DNA of 64,000 nt from Acidobacteriota bacterium (lineage in GTDB: Bacteria; Acidobacteriota; UBA6911; RPQK01; JAJDTT01). Each line of letters opens with the position of its first letter. Positions within the stretch are counted from its first letter, which is position 1. The translations under genes and the position numbers were made by a program. Of this stretch, positions 51,168-60,228 are shown piece by piece. The DNA is taken from assembly GCA_965263035.1 (NCBI GenBank), contig OZ253580.1, forward strand, positions 736,001 through 800,000, given 5' to 3'. The notes under the pieces are model-generated. The model saw only the letters and a program-made list of their open reading frames with translations, was not told the DNA's origin and made no database searches.

Positions 51168-51288
51168 CTATTCTCCGGAAGTCTTAGGAATGGCTCCGGG
51201 GATGCCAAATGCTTCCCTGGAAACACAAAATTGGCTGGGAGTATAGTATCGGGATCCTGGCTGAAGCAAGGTGGGAGGGGGGACGGTG

Positions 51289-51352
51289 GGAGGGGGGCAT
51301 TCTTGTCCCCCACTCTATCTTCCGGAGGACGGCGGCTGGAAACCGCCGCTCC
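51289..51352. repeat. GGAG-type REP-like doublet (copy 2)
   Basis: GGAGGGGGGCATTCTTGTCCCCC...CCGGAGGACGGCGGCTGGAAACCGCCGCTCC; homologous to the reverse complement of 13847-13916. Confidence 0.65.
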
Positions 51353-51425
51353 GCCGTCGCTCCACCGCCGCTCCGTCGCCGCCTTTGAAAGGATCTGCCC
51401 GGTGTCACCAAGACTCGCACGCGTC

Positions 51426-52745
51426 ATGTTTGCAGTTTGGGTCTTCTCCTCTTGTCTGGCCGGGGCAGTCCGGGACGACTCACTCGTCGATCTGCAGATC
51501 ATCACGGTCGCCACCAAATCCCAATTGAACGACGTTCTGTCAGAACTGAAATCGGGCACTCGATTCGACGGCGTCGCGCGCCGAAATTCCAACCATCCCA
51601 CCGCTGACGGCGGCGGTTATCTCGGCCAAATATCCATCGACGACCTCAGCAGGGAGTTGCGCCGGCAGGTGGAAGGAATTCCGCCGGGTTCGATGACTCA
51701 TTTCGTTGACCCGGGTCTGGGCTACGTCGTGGTCCGGAAACTGGAACGGAAAGCCGCAAACCAGGCTTACTCCAGACAGGCGTTACGACTCGGTTCGAGG
51801 TATCTGAATCAGGGCAAGACCCAGGAAGCGATCAAGGAACTCAAGGCGGCTCTCACGCACGATCCGAGGTCGGCCGGCGCCCACCTGATGCTGGGTTACG
51901 TCTACCGGCTCCTTGGCTCCTATCGCATGATCGGCGAAGCGAAGGGGGAGTTCAGGCAGGCACTGTCCATCGATCCCGACAATACCAGTGCCCGATTTCA
52001 TCTGGCCCGCGTCTATCTCGATCTGGGCCGGGCCCGAAAGGCCAAGGAGACCCTGGAAGAGCGATTCAAGACCACTGAGAACACACCTGAACTGCTCTCT
52101 CTCCTGGGGGAAGCGAATCGGCAGTTGGGGGATCCTCGGGTGTCGATTCGGCAGAACGAGTCGGCCGTCATACTGGACCCGGACCTGGCTCAAGCCCACT
52201 ACTACCTGGGATTGGCTCACCTGGATCGAGGTGAAACGGAAGAGGCTCTCAGCCGACTGGACCGCGCCATCTCTTTGCAGGGCGCCACCTCCGACATGGT
52301 TCTCAAGGCGGGTTCCGTCTACCTGCAAGAGGGCGTCCTGCAGAAGGCCACCGAGCTGCTTCGGAAGGCCGTAGAAATCAGTCCCGCGGTTCCGGAAGGG
52401 CGCCTGGAACTGGCCCGCGCCCTTCGCCTCACGGGTCGACCCGACTCGGCCCTCGCGGAGTTGGACTCGGCTCTCTCCTACGCCGGCGGATTCTCGGCTT
52501 CCCGGAAGTACCTGGAGTTCGAGTTGGAGGTCTACCTGGAAAAGGGCCGTGCGTTCGACGCCAAGGGCCCACCGGCGGACGCGATCCGCTCTTATCTTCG
52601 AGTGTTGGAGCTCGACCCCGACCATGGCGAGGCCCACCAGCGGCTGGCCCGGCTGTTCGCATCGACCGGTGATCGGGCCAAGTCGCAGAGACATGCTTCC
52701 AGAGCAAAAGAATTGGGGTACACGGAGCCGGCGGGCGGGCGTTGA
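51426..52745 (+). CDS. Parvulin-like (PpiC) domain plus TPR-repeat protein (start approximate)
   Basis: G..F..VARRNS....A..GGYLG rotamase-like segment followed by about 8 TPRs (AH..LG..Y, ARF.LA..Y, AHYYLG). Confidence 0.8.
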   Translation: MFAVWVFSSCLAGAVRDDSLVDLQIITVATKSQLNDVLSELKSGTRFDGVARRNSNHPTADGGGYLGQISIDDLSRELRRQVEGIPPGSMTHFVDPGLGYVVVRKLERKAANQAYSRQALRLGSRYLNQGKTQEAIKELKAALTHDPRSAGAHLMLGYVYRLLGSYRMIGEAKGEFRQALSIDPDNTSARFHLARVYLDLGRARKAKETLEERFKTTENTPELLSLLGEANRQLGDPRVSIRQNESAVILDPDLAQAHYYLGLAHLDRGETEEALSRLDRAISLQGATSDMVLKAGSVYLQEGVLQKATELLRKAVEISPAVPEGRLELARALRLTGRPDSALAELDSALSYAGGFSASRKYLEFELEVYLEKGRAFDAKGPPADAIRSYLRVLELDPDHGEAHQRLARLFASTGDRAKSQRHASRAKELGYTEPAGGR

Positions 52746-52747
52746 GA

Positions 52748-54448
52748 CTACGGCTCGGTGACTTGCAGGATCTGATTGGCACGTACTTTCGAAAGAACCT
52801 GCTTCCTGCCGCTGGGCCAGTTCAACTCGATACTCTTGACTTGTCGTTGCCGGCCCAAGCCGAAATAAACCCGGAGGTCGTTGGCGCTCAGGTAACTCGC
52901 CACGTTGTTGATCTGCCTCACCTGAATTCCCTGCTCCGTTTCAATCCGCACGCCGGCACCCAGGCCGAAGGAGTTGCTCTCCCGGCCGCGAGCCTCGATT
53001 GCGATCCAGTTGTTGCGGTTTCCCCCCTCGTTTCTCATTAAAACCGCACGCTCGCCCGAGTTGGACAACGCAATGTCGAGGTCGCCGTCATTGTCATAGT
53101 CTGCAACCGCCGCCCCCCGTCCGACCGCCGGCCGACTGAATGGGGTCCCACTCTTGGCGGAGACATCGAGGAAGTTCGTGCCCAGATTCTCGTAGAGGAG
53201 ATCCGTCTGAGCGTAGGTGAGGTTGGGAAAATAGAGATGAACGTTGTTTTCGGTGTGTCCGTTGGCAACGTAGATGTCCACGTCGCCGTCATTGTCATAG
53301 TCGAAGAGCTTGGTTCCGAATCCCAAGGGAAGAAGTCCGGAGCCTAGTCCCACCCTCTCCGCAACCTCTTCAAAGAGAAGGCCGGGACCGTTCCGGTAAA
53401 GCGCATTGAGTTCGTACGCGAAATTCGTAACGAAGATCTCCGGCAGACCATCCTGGTTCAAATCGGCCGCGTCCACACCCATTCCCGCCTGCGGTTCGCC
53501 GTTGCCGTCGAAACCGACCGCGGCGGCGTAAGTGACGTCGGAGAACGTGCCGTCCCGGTTGTTGCGGTACAGGAAATCCCGAATCGTATCGTTGGCGACG
53601 TAGATGTCCGGATAGCCGTCTCGATCGAAGTCGGAAAAGGTCAACCCCAGGCCCTTGCCGGCCGGATTGGCGATCCCCGCGGAACTCGACACGTCGGAAA
53701 ATGAACCGTCGCCGTTGTTTCGAAAGAGCTGATCCGCCGCTCCCTCGAACATGCGGATGTCGCAGTAGAGACGGTAACCCTCCTTGGGCAGTCCACAGTA
53801 GGGACTGTCTTCCGGATCGTAATCCAGATAGTTGACGACATAGAGGTCGAGGTCTCCGTCGCGATCGAGGTCGAAAAAGCCGGCGCTGCTCCCCCACTGC
53901 CGGCTGTCGACACCGGCCTTCGAGGCCACCTCCCCGAAAGTTCCGTCCCCATGGTTGCGGAACAGTTGATTGGGACCATAGTTGGTCACGTAGAGGTCCA
54001 GCCAGCCGTCGTTGTCGTAGTCTCCCACGGCCACACCCATGCCGTAGGATCCATTGCCTGCGACTCCGGCCTTCACCGTGACGTTTTCGAAAGTCCCGGC
54101 GCCGTCGTTTCGAAAAAGCGCATTTCCAGGTGACGGTTTCTTCTCGGCAATCACTGAACCGTTCACGAAATAAAGATCCAGATGGCCGTCATTATCGTAA
54201 TCGAGCCACGCCACACCGGAACCGACCGTCTCGACGATCAGTTTCCCTTTCGATAGCCCGTTCTCGTGAAGAAAGTCGATTCCGGCCGCCTGGGTGACGT
54301 CGGAGAACACAACCCGGCTGTCCGGCGGCTGTTGCGCAAATTGCTGATGGCACAGGAGAAAACACGCGATTGCAATCATTGCAGACCGCAATGCATTGAA
54401 TTGGAATGATGACAATCCCGTGCCGCCGGGACCCCATGTTGGGATCAT
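52748..54448 (-). CDS. CRTAC1-family protein (FG-GAP/VCBS repeats plus ASPIC/UnbV domain)
   Basis: Multiple D(Y/F)DxDGxxD Ca-binding repeats; C-terminal SN..G.GA.V, SYLSAND.R.YFGLG, WPSG. Start may be ~54379. Confidence 0.92.
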   Translation of the reverse strand: MIPTWGPGGTGLSSFQFNALRSAMIAIACFLLCHQQFAQQPPDSRVVFSDVTQAAGIDFLHENGLSKGKLIVETVGSGVAWLDYDNDGHLDLYFVNGSVIAEKKPSPGNALFRNDGAGTFENVTVKAGVAGNGSYGMGVAVGDYDNDGWLDLYVTNYGPNQLFRNHGDGTFGEVASKAGVDSRQWGSSAGFFDLDRDGDLDLYVVNYLDYDPEDSPYCGLPKEGYRLYCDIRMFEGAADQLFRNNGDGSFSDVSSSAGIANPAGKGLGLTFSDFDRDGYPDIYVANDTIRDFLYRNNRDGTFSDVTYAAAVGFDGNGEPQAGMGVDAADLNQDGLPEIFVTNFAYELNALYRNGPGLLFEEVAERVGLGSGLLPLGFGTKLFDYDNDGDVDIYVANGHTENNVHLYFPNLTYAQTDLLYENLGTNFLDVSAKSGTPFSRPAVGRGAAVADYDNDGDLDIALSNSGERAVLMRNEGGNRNNWIAIEARGRESNSFGLGAGVRIETEQGIQVRQINNVASYLSANDLRVYFGLGRQRQVKSIELNWPSGRKQVLSKVRANQILQVTEP

Positions 54449-54546
54449 CCACGGGATTGGGAATTCAGCCGGACGTGTGCCGTCTAAGATCGGGTAGTCA
54501 GAGGGTGTTTGCTCGTTTTCCGCGATCTGCCAGCTTCTCTACGGGA

Positions 54547-56352
54547 TTACCGGGGAATCACCGGGAGAATCACATGCGAGGGATACATCTCGTTGTGATA
54601 GATCGTCTGCGTGGCGACCTTCATCTCCGAGGTCATGCCAAACTCGGCACCGGTGTTCAGATTGCGGGCCCAGCGGGGGAAATTACTGCTGCTGATCTCC
54701 AGCCGAATCTTGCTTCCCGGCTGAAACTCCCAGCTCGTCTCCCAAATGTGGATCGTGTATTCGTACACCTTGCCCGGCTCGATATGGGTTGGATTCTCCA
54801 GAGAGTCGCGGAAGCTGGCTCGAACAACCCCTTCACTGATGTGGACGGACCGGCCGTCGGGCAGGACCTCGGTCAAAACCGCCGTGAAGTCGGTGTCGAC
54901 GGCGCTGGAGGCCGCATGCAGCTTGACCTCGACGGGCCCGGTGACTTCCATCGGTTCCGACAGCGGGTCGGACGTATAGATCAGGACGTCCTGCCGCCTC
55001 TGGACCACCAGCCGGTTCTGCGGGCCTCTCTGGCTCGCGGGAAATTCGGTCTGGCCTCCAACTGTCTCCACCGGATTCGCCGGATCGTAATCGAACGTAT
55101 CCTGAGCGGAATCCGACGAAGGCTTGGAAGTGCCGAGTGTGCCGTCTCCGTAAAGTGAATTGGCCGAGCCTCCACTATCCAGGTAATACTTGGTCCACTT
55201 GGTCCGGGCCAGCGGCCATTCCCACTCGTCCCGCCACTTGTTGGCGCGCATCACGAAAATCCTGAGTGGCGCTTCGGTGTCGACGCCGGTCTTCATTCCC
55301 TTGAGCCAGTAGTCGTACCACCGGACATGTTCATCCAGGATGTCGACGTAGATGTCGGGACCGAAATCGAGGATCGAGGTCTCCATGCGTTTGTTGACGC
55401 TGTGGGTCCAGGGTCCCACCAGGAGCTTGGTCTGGCGGGCCGCCTTGGAACCGCCCTCTTTCCGGAAGCCGTTGAAGTTTCGGAAATTCTCACGCACCAG
55501 GTTGTCGTACCAGCCCGTGATGAAATAGGCGGGCGCCTTGATCTGTCCGTACTTCTCCTTGACCCCGTAGCCCTTCCAATAGTCGTCGTAGGTGGGATGC
55601 TTGATCCAGGTCCGGAACCAGGGCAGATCCGCGATATCGTCCAACGCGGTGATCAGGGGCAGGCGCCAGAAGAACTTGTTCCAATCGAGTATGGGATTCT
55701 CGGTAATTCCTGGTCCGTGCAGAAACTGCATGGTGTGACCGGCCCAGAAGAACCCGGCCACGAAGGTGACGTTGAGCTGCATCACGCCGTCGTTGTAGAG
55801 ATGCCCGAAGTTGGTCTGCTGGCAGACCGACGGGACCATGCACTTGAGGTACTCGCTGCCGTAAACCGACGGCATGATCTGGGTGAACCCTGGGTAGGAG
55901 TACCCGTAGGTCCCCAGATTTCCGTCGCACCACTCCTGCTTGCCGATCCACTCGTGGGTGTCGAACCCGTCCCTGGGATCGTTCACATAAGGATCCCATA
56001 CGCCTTCGGAATCGTGCCGTCCCCTCAAGTCGACCAGCACGGCCGCATATCCGCGCCTGGCGAAGTACAGGGCGTGCTCCATGTCGTTGGAGCCTCTCAT
56101 GTTGTTGTAGGGGGTCATCAAGAGCACGGCGGGAAACTTGCCCGGAGCGTCGGGACGGTAGACATCCGCCGAGAGATGGACTCCGTCCTGCATGGGGACC
56201 AGATTGTGAATCTTGAACTTCACCTGATATTCAGGTTTCGATCGCTCGTTCTGCCCCATGGCGAGAACCATGGTGGCGCCCAGAAGCAAGGGTAGGATCA
56301 ACGGGAAAGAGCGCTCGCTTACAGAAAGCAGATTTTCAACTCCAGAGAGCAT
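54547..56352 (-). CDS. CocE/NonD family serine hydrolase (paralog 3)
   Basis: VPMQDG, MTPY, GYSYPG, GWYD, GPWTH, SSNFPRW. Confidence 0.93.
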   Translation of the reverse strand: MLSGVENLLSVSERSFPLILPLLLGATMVLAMGQNERSKPEYQVKFKIHNLVPMQDGVHLSADVYRPDAPGKFPAVLLMTPYNNMRGSNDMEHALYFARRGYAAVLVDLRGRHDSEGVWDPYVNDPRDGFDTHEWIGKQEWCDGNLGTYGYSYPGFTQIMPSVYGSEYLKCMVPSVCQQTNFGHLYNDGVMQLNVTFVAGFFWAGHTMQFLHGPGITENPILDWNKFFWRLPLITALDDIADLPWFRTWIKHPTYDDYWKGYGVKEKYGQIKAPAYFITGWYDNLVRENFRNFNGFRKEGGSKAARQTKLLVGPWTHSVNKRMETSILDFGPDIYVDILDEHVRWYDYWLKGMKTGVDTEAPLRIFVMRANKWRDEWEWPLARTKWTKYYLDSGGSANSLYGDGTLGTSKPSSDSAQDTFDYDPANPVETVGGQTEFPASQRGPQNRLVVQRRQDVLIYTSDPLSEPMEVTGPVEVKLHAASSAVDTDFTAVLTEVLPDGRSVHISEGVVRASFRDSLENPTHIEPGKVYEYTIHIWETSWEFQPGSKIRLEISSSNFPRWARNLNTGAEFGMTSEMKVATQTIYHNEMYPSHVILPVIPR

Positions 56353-56596
56353 ATCTTCAACTTCTCCTTCTTATCGAGACCTTTCGAGACGGACTTGCCG
56401 ACAGGTTTTCTTTCCGGGCCGAAGACGATGTCCCTAGGAGCCTGCGCCGCAGAAATTGATCTACTGCGAAAGCGGTAGAATCGGTCCATATTTCCTCGAT
56501 TTCTCGGCGAATAGAACAACTATGCACCTCCAAATCGAGAAAATCCGGCCTCGATTCCCCACTTTCTCGCTACGATCATTTCTACCGCGCAGACTC

Positions 56597-59500
56597 CTAG
56601 AACTCGATATTCAGGCCGAATTGCAGATGCCGCGAATTGCCGGCGTTGCCCATCGTCGCAAAGGCTCCACCCGTGAAAAGCGTATTGGGGAGATCGAAAT
56701 TCGTGTGATTGGTGAGGTTGAAGACATCGACACGAAACTCGACCCGGGCCGCTTCCTGCGCAACGTGCCACGACTTCCAGACCGAAAAATCGATGGTGGT
56801 CCAGCCGGGACCGTCGATGAGGTTGCGTCCGGCATTTCCAAAACGGTAGACACCCGTTTCCGCAGGATCCGGGACCCGCGTGAAAGCCCTCGTGTTGAAC
56901 CACTGCTGGGCGTTGCGGGGTGCGCCGCTGTTGGGATCCCCGGTGAGATCAGGCCGATTGGCTCCTCCCGAGTTGTCGGGGTCGAACGGGCTGCTGATGT
57001 CCACCGCACCCGACGAGGAAAAGGTCCCGATGCTGCTGATGTTCCAATCCCCCAGAATGGCTCCCGCGAATCCGTGGCCGGACCCCCGCATGACCGGAAT
57101 CTGGTAGACGAAGTTGTAGACGAACCGCTGCCGGTAATCGGAAGCGCTGCGCCCTTTTTCCGCGGCGCAGTCAAAAGGATCCCTCTTCACGCTGTCCCCC
57201 AGGTCGGCGAACAGGTTGTTGCCGCCACAATCCAGCCATTTCGAATAGACATAGGAAATGTTGCCCAGGAAACCCTTGCTGAATCCCTGCTTCAGATTGA
57301 CTCTCATGCCGTGATAGGAGGAATTGGCGGTGGGTTGCCTCCAGCCGACCGTCGCCCAATTCTGGTAGGGCCTGCGGGCCACGCGGTTACCGGGACCGGG
57401 AGGGGCCTGGTTCAAGTTTCCGTCCCGGATCAGTTTGGTGCCCTTGTTCCCAATGTAACCGAGCTCGAAGACGGCCGTCTGAGAGAGCGCTCTTTCCACG
57501 GTGACGTTGTACTGCTGGTTGTAACCGTGGGCCCAATCCGCCTGAAATCCCTGCCCCGTCGACGATGGAATTCCGGAGCCGGCGGGAAACGGCCTGTCTA
57601 TGGTGAACACGGGAACACCTGAATCGTCCAACTGATTCACGAAGGTCTGCTGATTCACGAAGGGCTTGTTGAAGCGGACCCGCTGCATATAGAAGGTGTC
57701 AAACGGGGTGTAGAAAATGCCGTAGCTGGCTCGAATGACGGTCTCGTTTCCGCCGAAGGGACGAAGAGCCAGCCCGACCCTGGGGGCCCAGTTGTTCAGG
57801 TCACGCGCCTGCAGCAGCCTTCCATGAGGCCAGCTCGCGTCCGAGATCAACGGATCGAGCATGCGCTCGGCAACGCCGTACTCCGCCGGCAATGCATAGT
57901 GGGACGCGTCCGTGGGGCGCGGGTCTCCCACCAGAATCAGCGATCCCGAAACCGGATCGAACTGCGAGATTCGATCTCTTGAATCGGTATAAGGTGAAAA
58001 GTAGTCCCAGCGAAGACCCAGGTCCAGGGTCAGAATGGAACTGACTTTCCAGGTGTCCTTGAAGTGGATACTGACGTTGTTGTGGCTGTAGTTTCCGAAA
58101 CCGTCCTCCCGGCCCGTGATGGCCGTCCGGTGATACCCGAGCATCAGATCCGACATGGCATAACCGGTGTAGAAAGGGCCGAAAATGAAGTACCCATTGG
58201 GTATGGGTTGGGATCCCCCGTTCTGCTCTCTCTCCCTCCACTCGCCTCCGAATCCAAAGGCATGAGAACCCACGTTCCACGAAATCGTATCTCCGGCGAG
58301 ATAGGTATTGTCCACCCGGTTGTTGGGAGCGTTCAAGAGGGTGCCGGTCCGGCTGAATCCAGTCACGGCCACCCAGGGATTGTACTGAAACAGCGTCGAC
58401 GTCCCCTCGATTCCCAGGAGCTTCGGAACCGGCGTGCCGTAAATCTCATCTTCCAGCGTCTGGGTCATGCGGTTCATGCCCAGTTTCAGTTCATTGACCG
58501 CCGTCGCCCCCAGAACCTTGGTCCAACCCACCCGAGCATTGTGGGCGGGCGTGGAGAAAATGTCGTTGTAGTCGGGGAGTTGGTGGAGGAACTTGTTGTA
58601 GCGCAGGACGCGGTCCTGTTTGTCGTAAATGTAACGGACGTAGATGTTGTCCGAGTCCGTGACGCTGTGGTCCACGCGGAAGACGAACTGGTCGAACACC
58701 TGCTCCTGGACGCGGCTGGGCAGGACGTTGTTGGCGATTCCGGGACGATCGGGCAGGGGCCAAAGCGGGTTGACCTCACCCACTCCGAACATCATGTTGC
58801 GGGCCACCGGATGGATCCGGTTCTCGGGGATGATGTTGCCCGGGAAGGGCTGGCCGGTCAGCGGATCGTTGATCACCGTTCCGGGAAGTATTTCGGAAAA
58901 GTCGCCGTTTCTCATCTTCATGGTGGGGACGCTGGCCGGACGCGTGAGGGACTTGTTGTCCCGGGTCCCCTGGTAGTTGAAGAAGAAAAAGGTCTGGTCC
59001 TTGACGATGGGCCCCCCGGCCGAGGCGCCGAAGATGTTGAATTGCAGGATGGGGACTTCGGACAGACCCTCGCGGACCCGGCTTTCCCGGGACGGATCGA
59101 AGAAATTCCGTGCATTCACCGCCGAGTTGCGATGGTCCCAGAAGACGTTCCCGTGAATTTCATTGGTCCCGGACTTGGTCACCATGTTGACCTGGATGCC
59201 GCTGTTCATTCCGAACTCCGCCGAGTGGGAGTTCATCTGCGACTTCATCTCCCGGGTGGCGTTGCCGCTCAGACGGATATCGATCCGGGAATAGGCCGTG
59301 TCCTTGACGTCCACGCCGTCGATCATGAATCTCGAGCCGTCCGGGGGTGAACCATAGGCGTTCGTCATTCCTCCGAACAGGTCGGTGAAGATCGAGGTCA
59401 AATGGCCGGATACCTTGGCGGCTCCGGCGTCAAGCGAGACCAAGTCGACAAAGGAGTTTTCGCCCCTGAGGGGGAGTTCCTCGATTTGCTGGTTCTCGAC

Positions 59501-59914
59501 CACCATCCCAATGTCGGCGTCGTCGGTCTTGGTCAGAGGCGCCTTGCCTTCCACCTCCACGAGTTCCGTGATTTCACCGACCTCCAAGCTCAGATCGATA
59601 CGAGCGACCTGGTCCACCTGGAGGATGATTCCCGAGATCTCCTGCTTCTTGAAACCGACCAGCTCGCCGCTGACGGAATAGCGGCCGACCGGCAAGAGGC
59701 GGACGTGGTAGTTCCCGGAATCGTCCGCGACGGTGTTTCGGGTCAGAGCCGTGTCCATATTGGTGATCACGACCTCCACGCCCGGAAGCACGCCTCCCGT
59801 TTCGTCGGTCACCGTCCCCACCATCTCCGCCGTCGTCCTTTGAGCGAACGTGCCGGTAAAGCTCAGCAGAAGGAGGAGGATCCCACTCGACAACAAGTTG
59901 ACATTCTTACCCAT
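56597..59914 (-). CDS. TonB-dependent receptor (Oar-like)
   Basis: Signal peptide, GTVTDETG, TKSGTNEIHG, DLGLRWDY, FNLTNH, terminal LNIEF. Confidence 0.93.
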   Translation of the reverse strand: MGKNVNLLSSGILLLLLSFTGTFAQRTTAEMVGTVTDETGGVLPGVEVVITNMDTALTRNTVADDSGNYHVRLLPVGRYSVSGELVGFKKQEISGIILQVDQVARIDLSLEVGEITELVEVEGKAPLTKTDDADIGMVVENQQIEELPLRGENSFVDLVSLDAGAAKVSGHLTSIFTDLFGGMTNAYGSPPDGSRFMIDGVDVKDTAYSRIDIRLSGNATREMKSQMNSHSAEFGMNSGIQVNMVTKSGTNEIHGNVFWDHRNSAVNARNFFDPSRESRVREGLSEVPILQFNIFGASAGGPIVKDQTFFFFNYQGTRDNKSLTRPASVPTMKMRNGDFSEILPGTVINDPLTGQPFPGNIIPENRIHPVARNMMFGVGEVNPLWPLPDRPGIANNVLPSRVQEQVFDQFVFRVDHSVTDSDNIYVRYIYDKQDRVLRYNKFLHQLPDYNDIFSTPAHNARVGWTKVLGATAVNELKLGMNRMTQTLEDEIYGTPVPKLLGIEGTSTLFQYNPWVAVTGFSRTGTLLNAPNNRVDNTYLAGDTISWNVGSHAFGFGGEWREREQNGGSQPIPNGYFIFGPFYTGYAMSDLMLGYHRTAITGREDGFGNYSHNNVSIHFKDTWKVSSILTLDLGLRWDYFSPYTDSRDRISQFDPVSGSLILVGDPRPTDASHYALPAEYGVAERMLDPLISDASWPHGRLLQARDLNNWAPRVGLALRPFGGNETVIRASYGIFYTPFDTFYMQRVRFNKPFVNQQTFVNQLDDSGVPVFTIDRPFPAGSGIPSSTGQGFQADWAHGYNQQYNVTVERALSQTAVFELGYIGNKGTKLIRDGNLNQAPPGPGNRVARRPYQNWATVGWRQPTANSSYHGMRVNLKQGFSKGFLGNISYVYSKWLDCGGNNLFADLGDSVKRDPFDCAAEKGRSASDYRQRFVYNFVYQIPVMRGSGHGFAGAILGDWNISSIGTFSSSGAVDISSPFDPDNSGGANRPDLTGDPNSGAPRNAQQWFNTRAFTRVPDPAETGVYRFGNAGRNLIDGPGWTTIDFSVWKSWHVAQEAARVEFRVDVFNLTNHTNFDLPNTLFTGGAFATMGNAGNSRHLQFGLNIEF

Positions 59915-60000
59915 CTCGAAACTCGGCCTCCGTGGCTGGTTGATTTAGTGGTTTGCGACCAAAAGGAAAAGAGTCTGGGATGCGGTCACGAGCGCTGGGT

Positions 60001-60029
60001 GTTCTACAATCCTCGCCATCAGCCGTCAA
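60001..60029 (-). promoter_or_regulatory. Putative sigma70 promoter for the TBDR 2 operon
   Basis: Minus-strand TTGACG-17 nt-TAGAAC, about 85 nt before the ATG. Confidence 0.35.
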
Positions 60030-60114
60030 CGTATTTCGGTGTCGAAAGCAGGTCATCTGTCCGGGCCGATGCCGTGGCGGCTTCCAGCCCGGGGATGCTA
60101 GACTATTGGTGATT

Positions 60115-60188
60115 GCGCCTGTAGCTCAGAAGGACAGAGCAAGGGGTTCCTAACCCCTGTGCCGCAGGTTCGAGTCCTGCCAGGCGCA
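60115..60188 (+). tRNA. tRNA-Arg(CCT), CCA not encoded
   Basis: Acceptor gcgcctg/caggcgc; D arm gctc/gagc; anticodon arm agggg-ttCCTaa-cccct; T arm gcagg-ttcgagt-cctgc. Confidence 0.93.
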
Positions 60189-60228
60189 AAAAAGACTAAT
60201 TGACTGAATACCGCAGGAGGGTTGTTTT

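Noticed and set aside
50229-51425. N-terminal ~400 aa of the 838-aa ORF as a fusion domain
   Set aside because: It is antisense to CocE paralog 2 and runs through the REP-like repeat; the credible protein starts near 51402-51426.
60115-60188. tRNA-Arg as the integration site of the accessory region
   Set aside because: The accessory genes lie on the tRNA's 5' side, there is no integrase, and I saw no duplicated tRNA 3' end.
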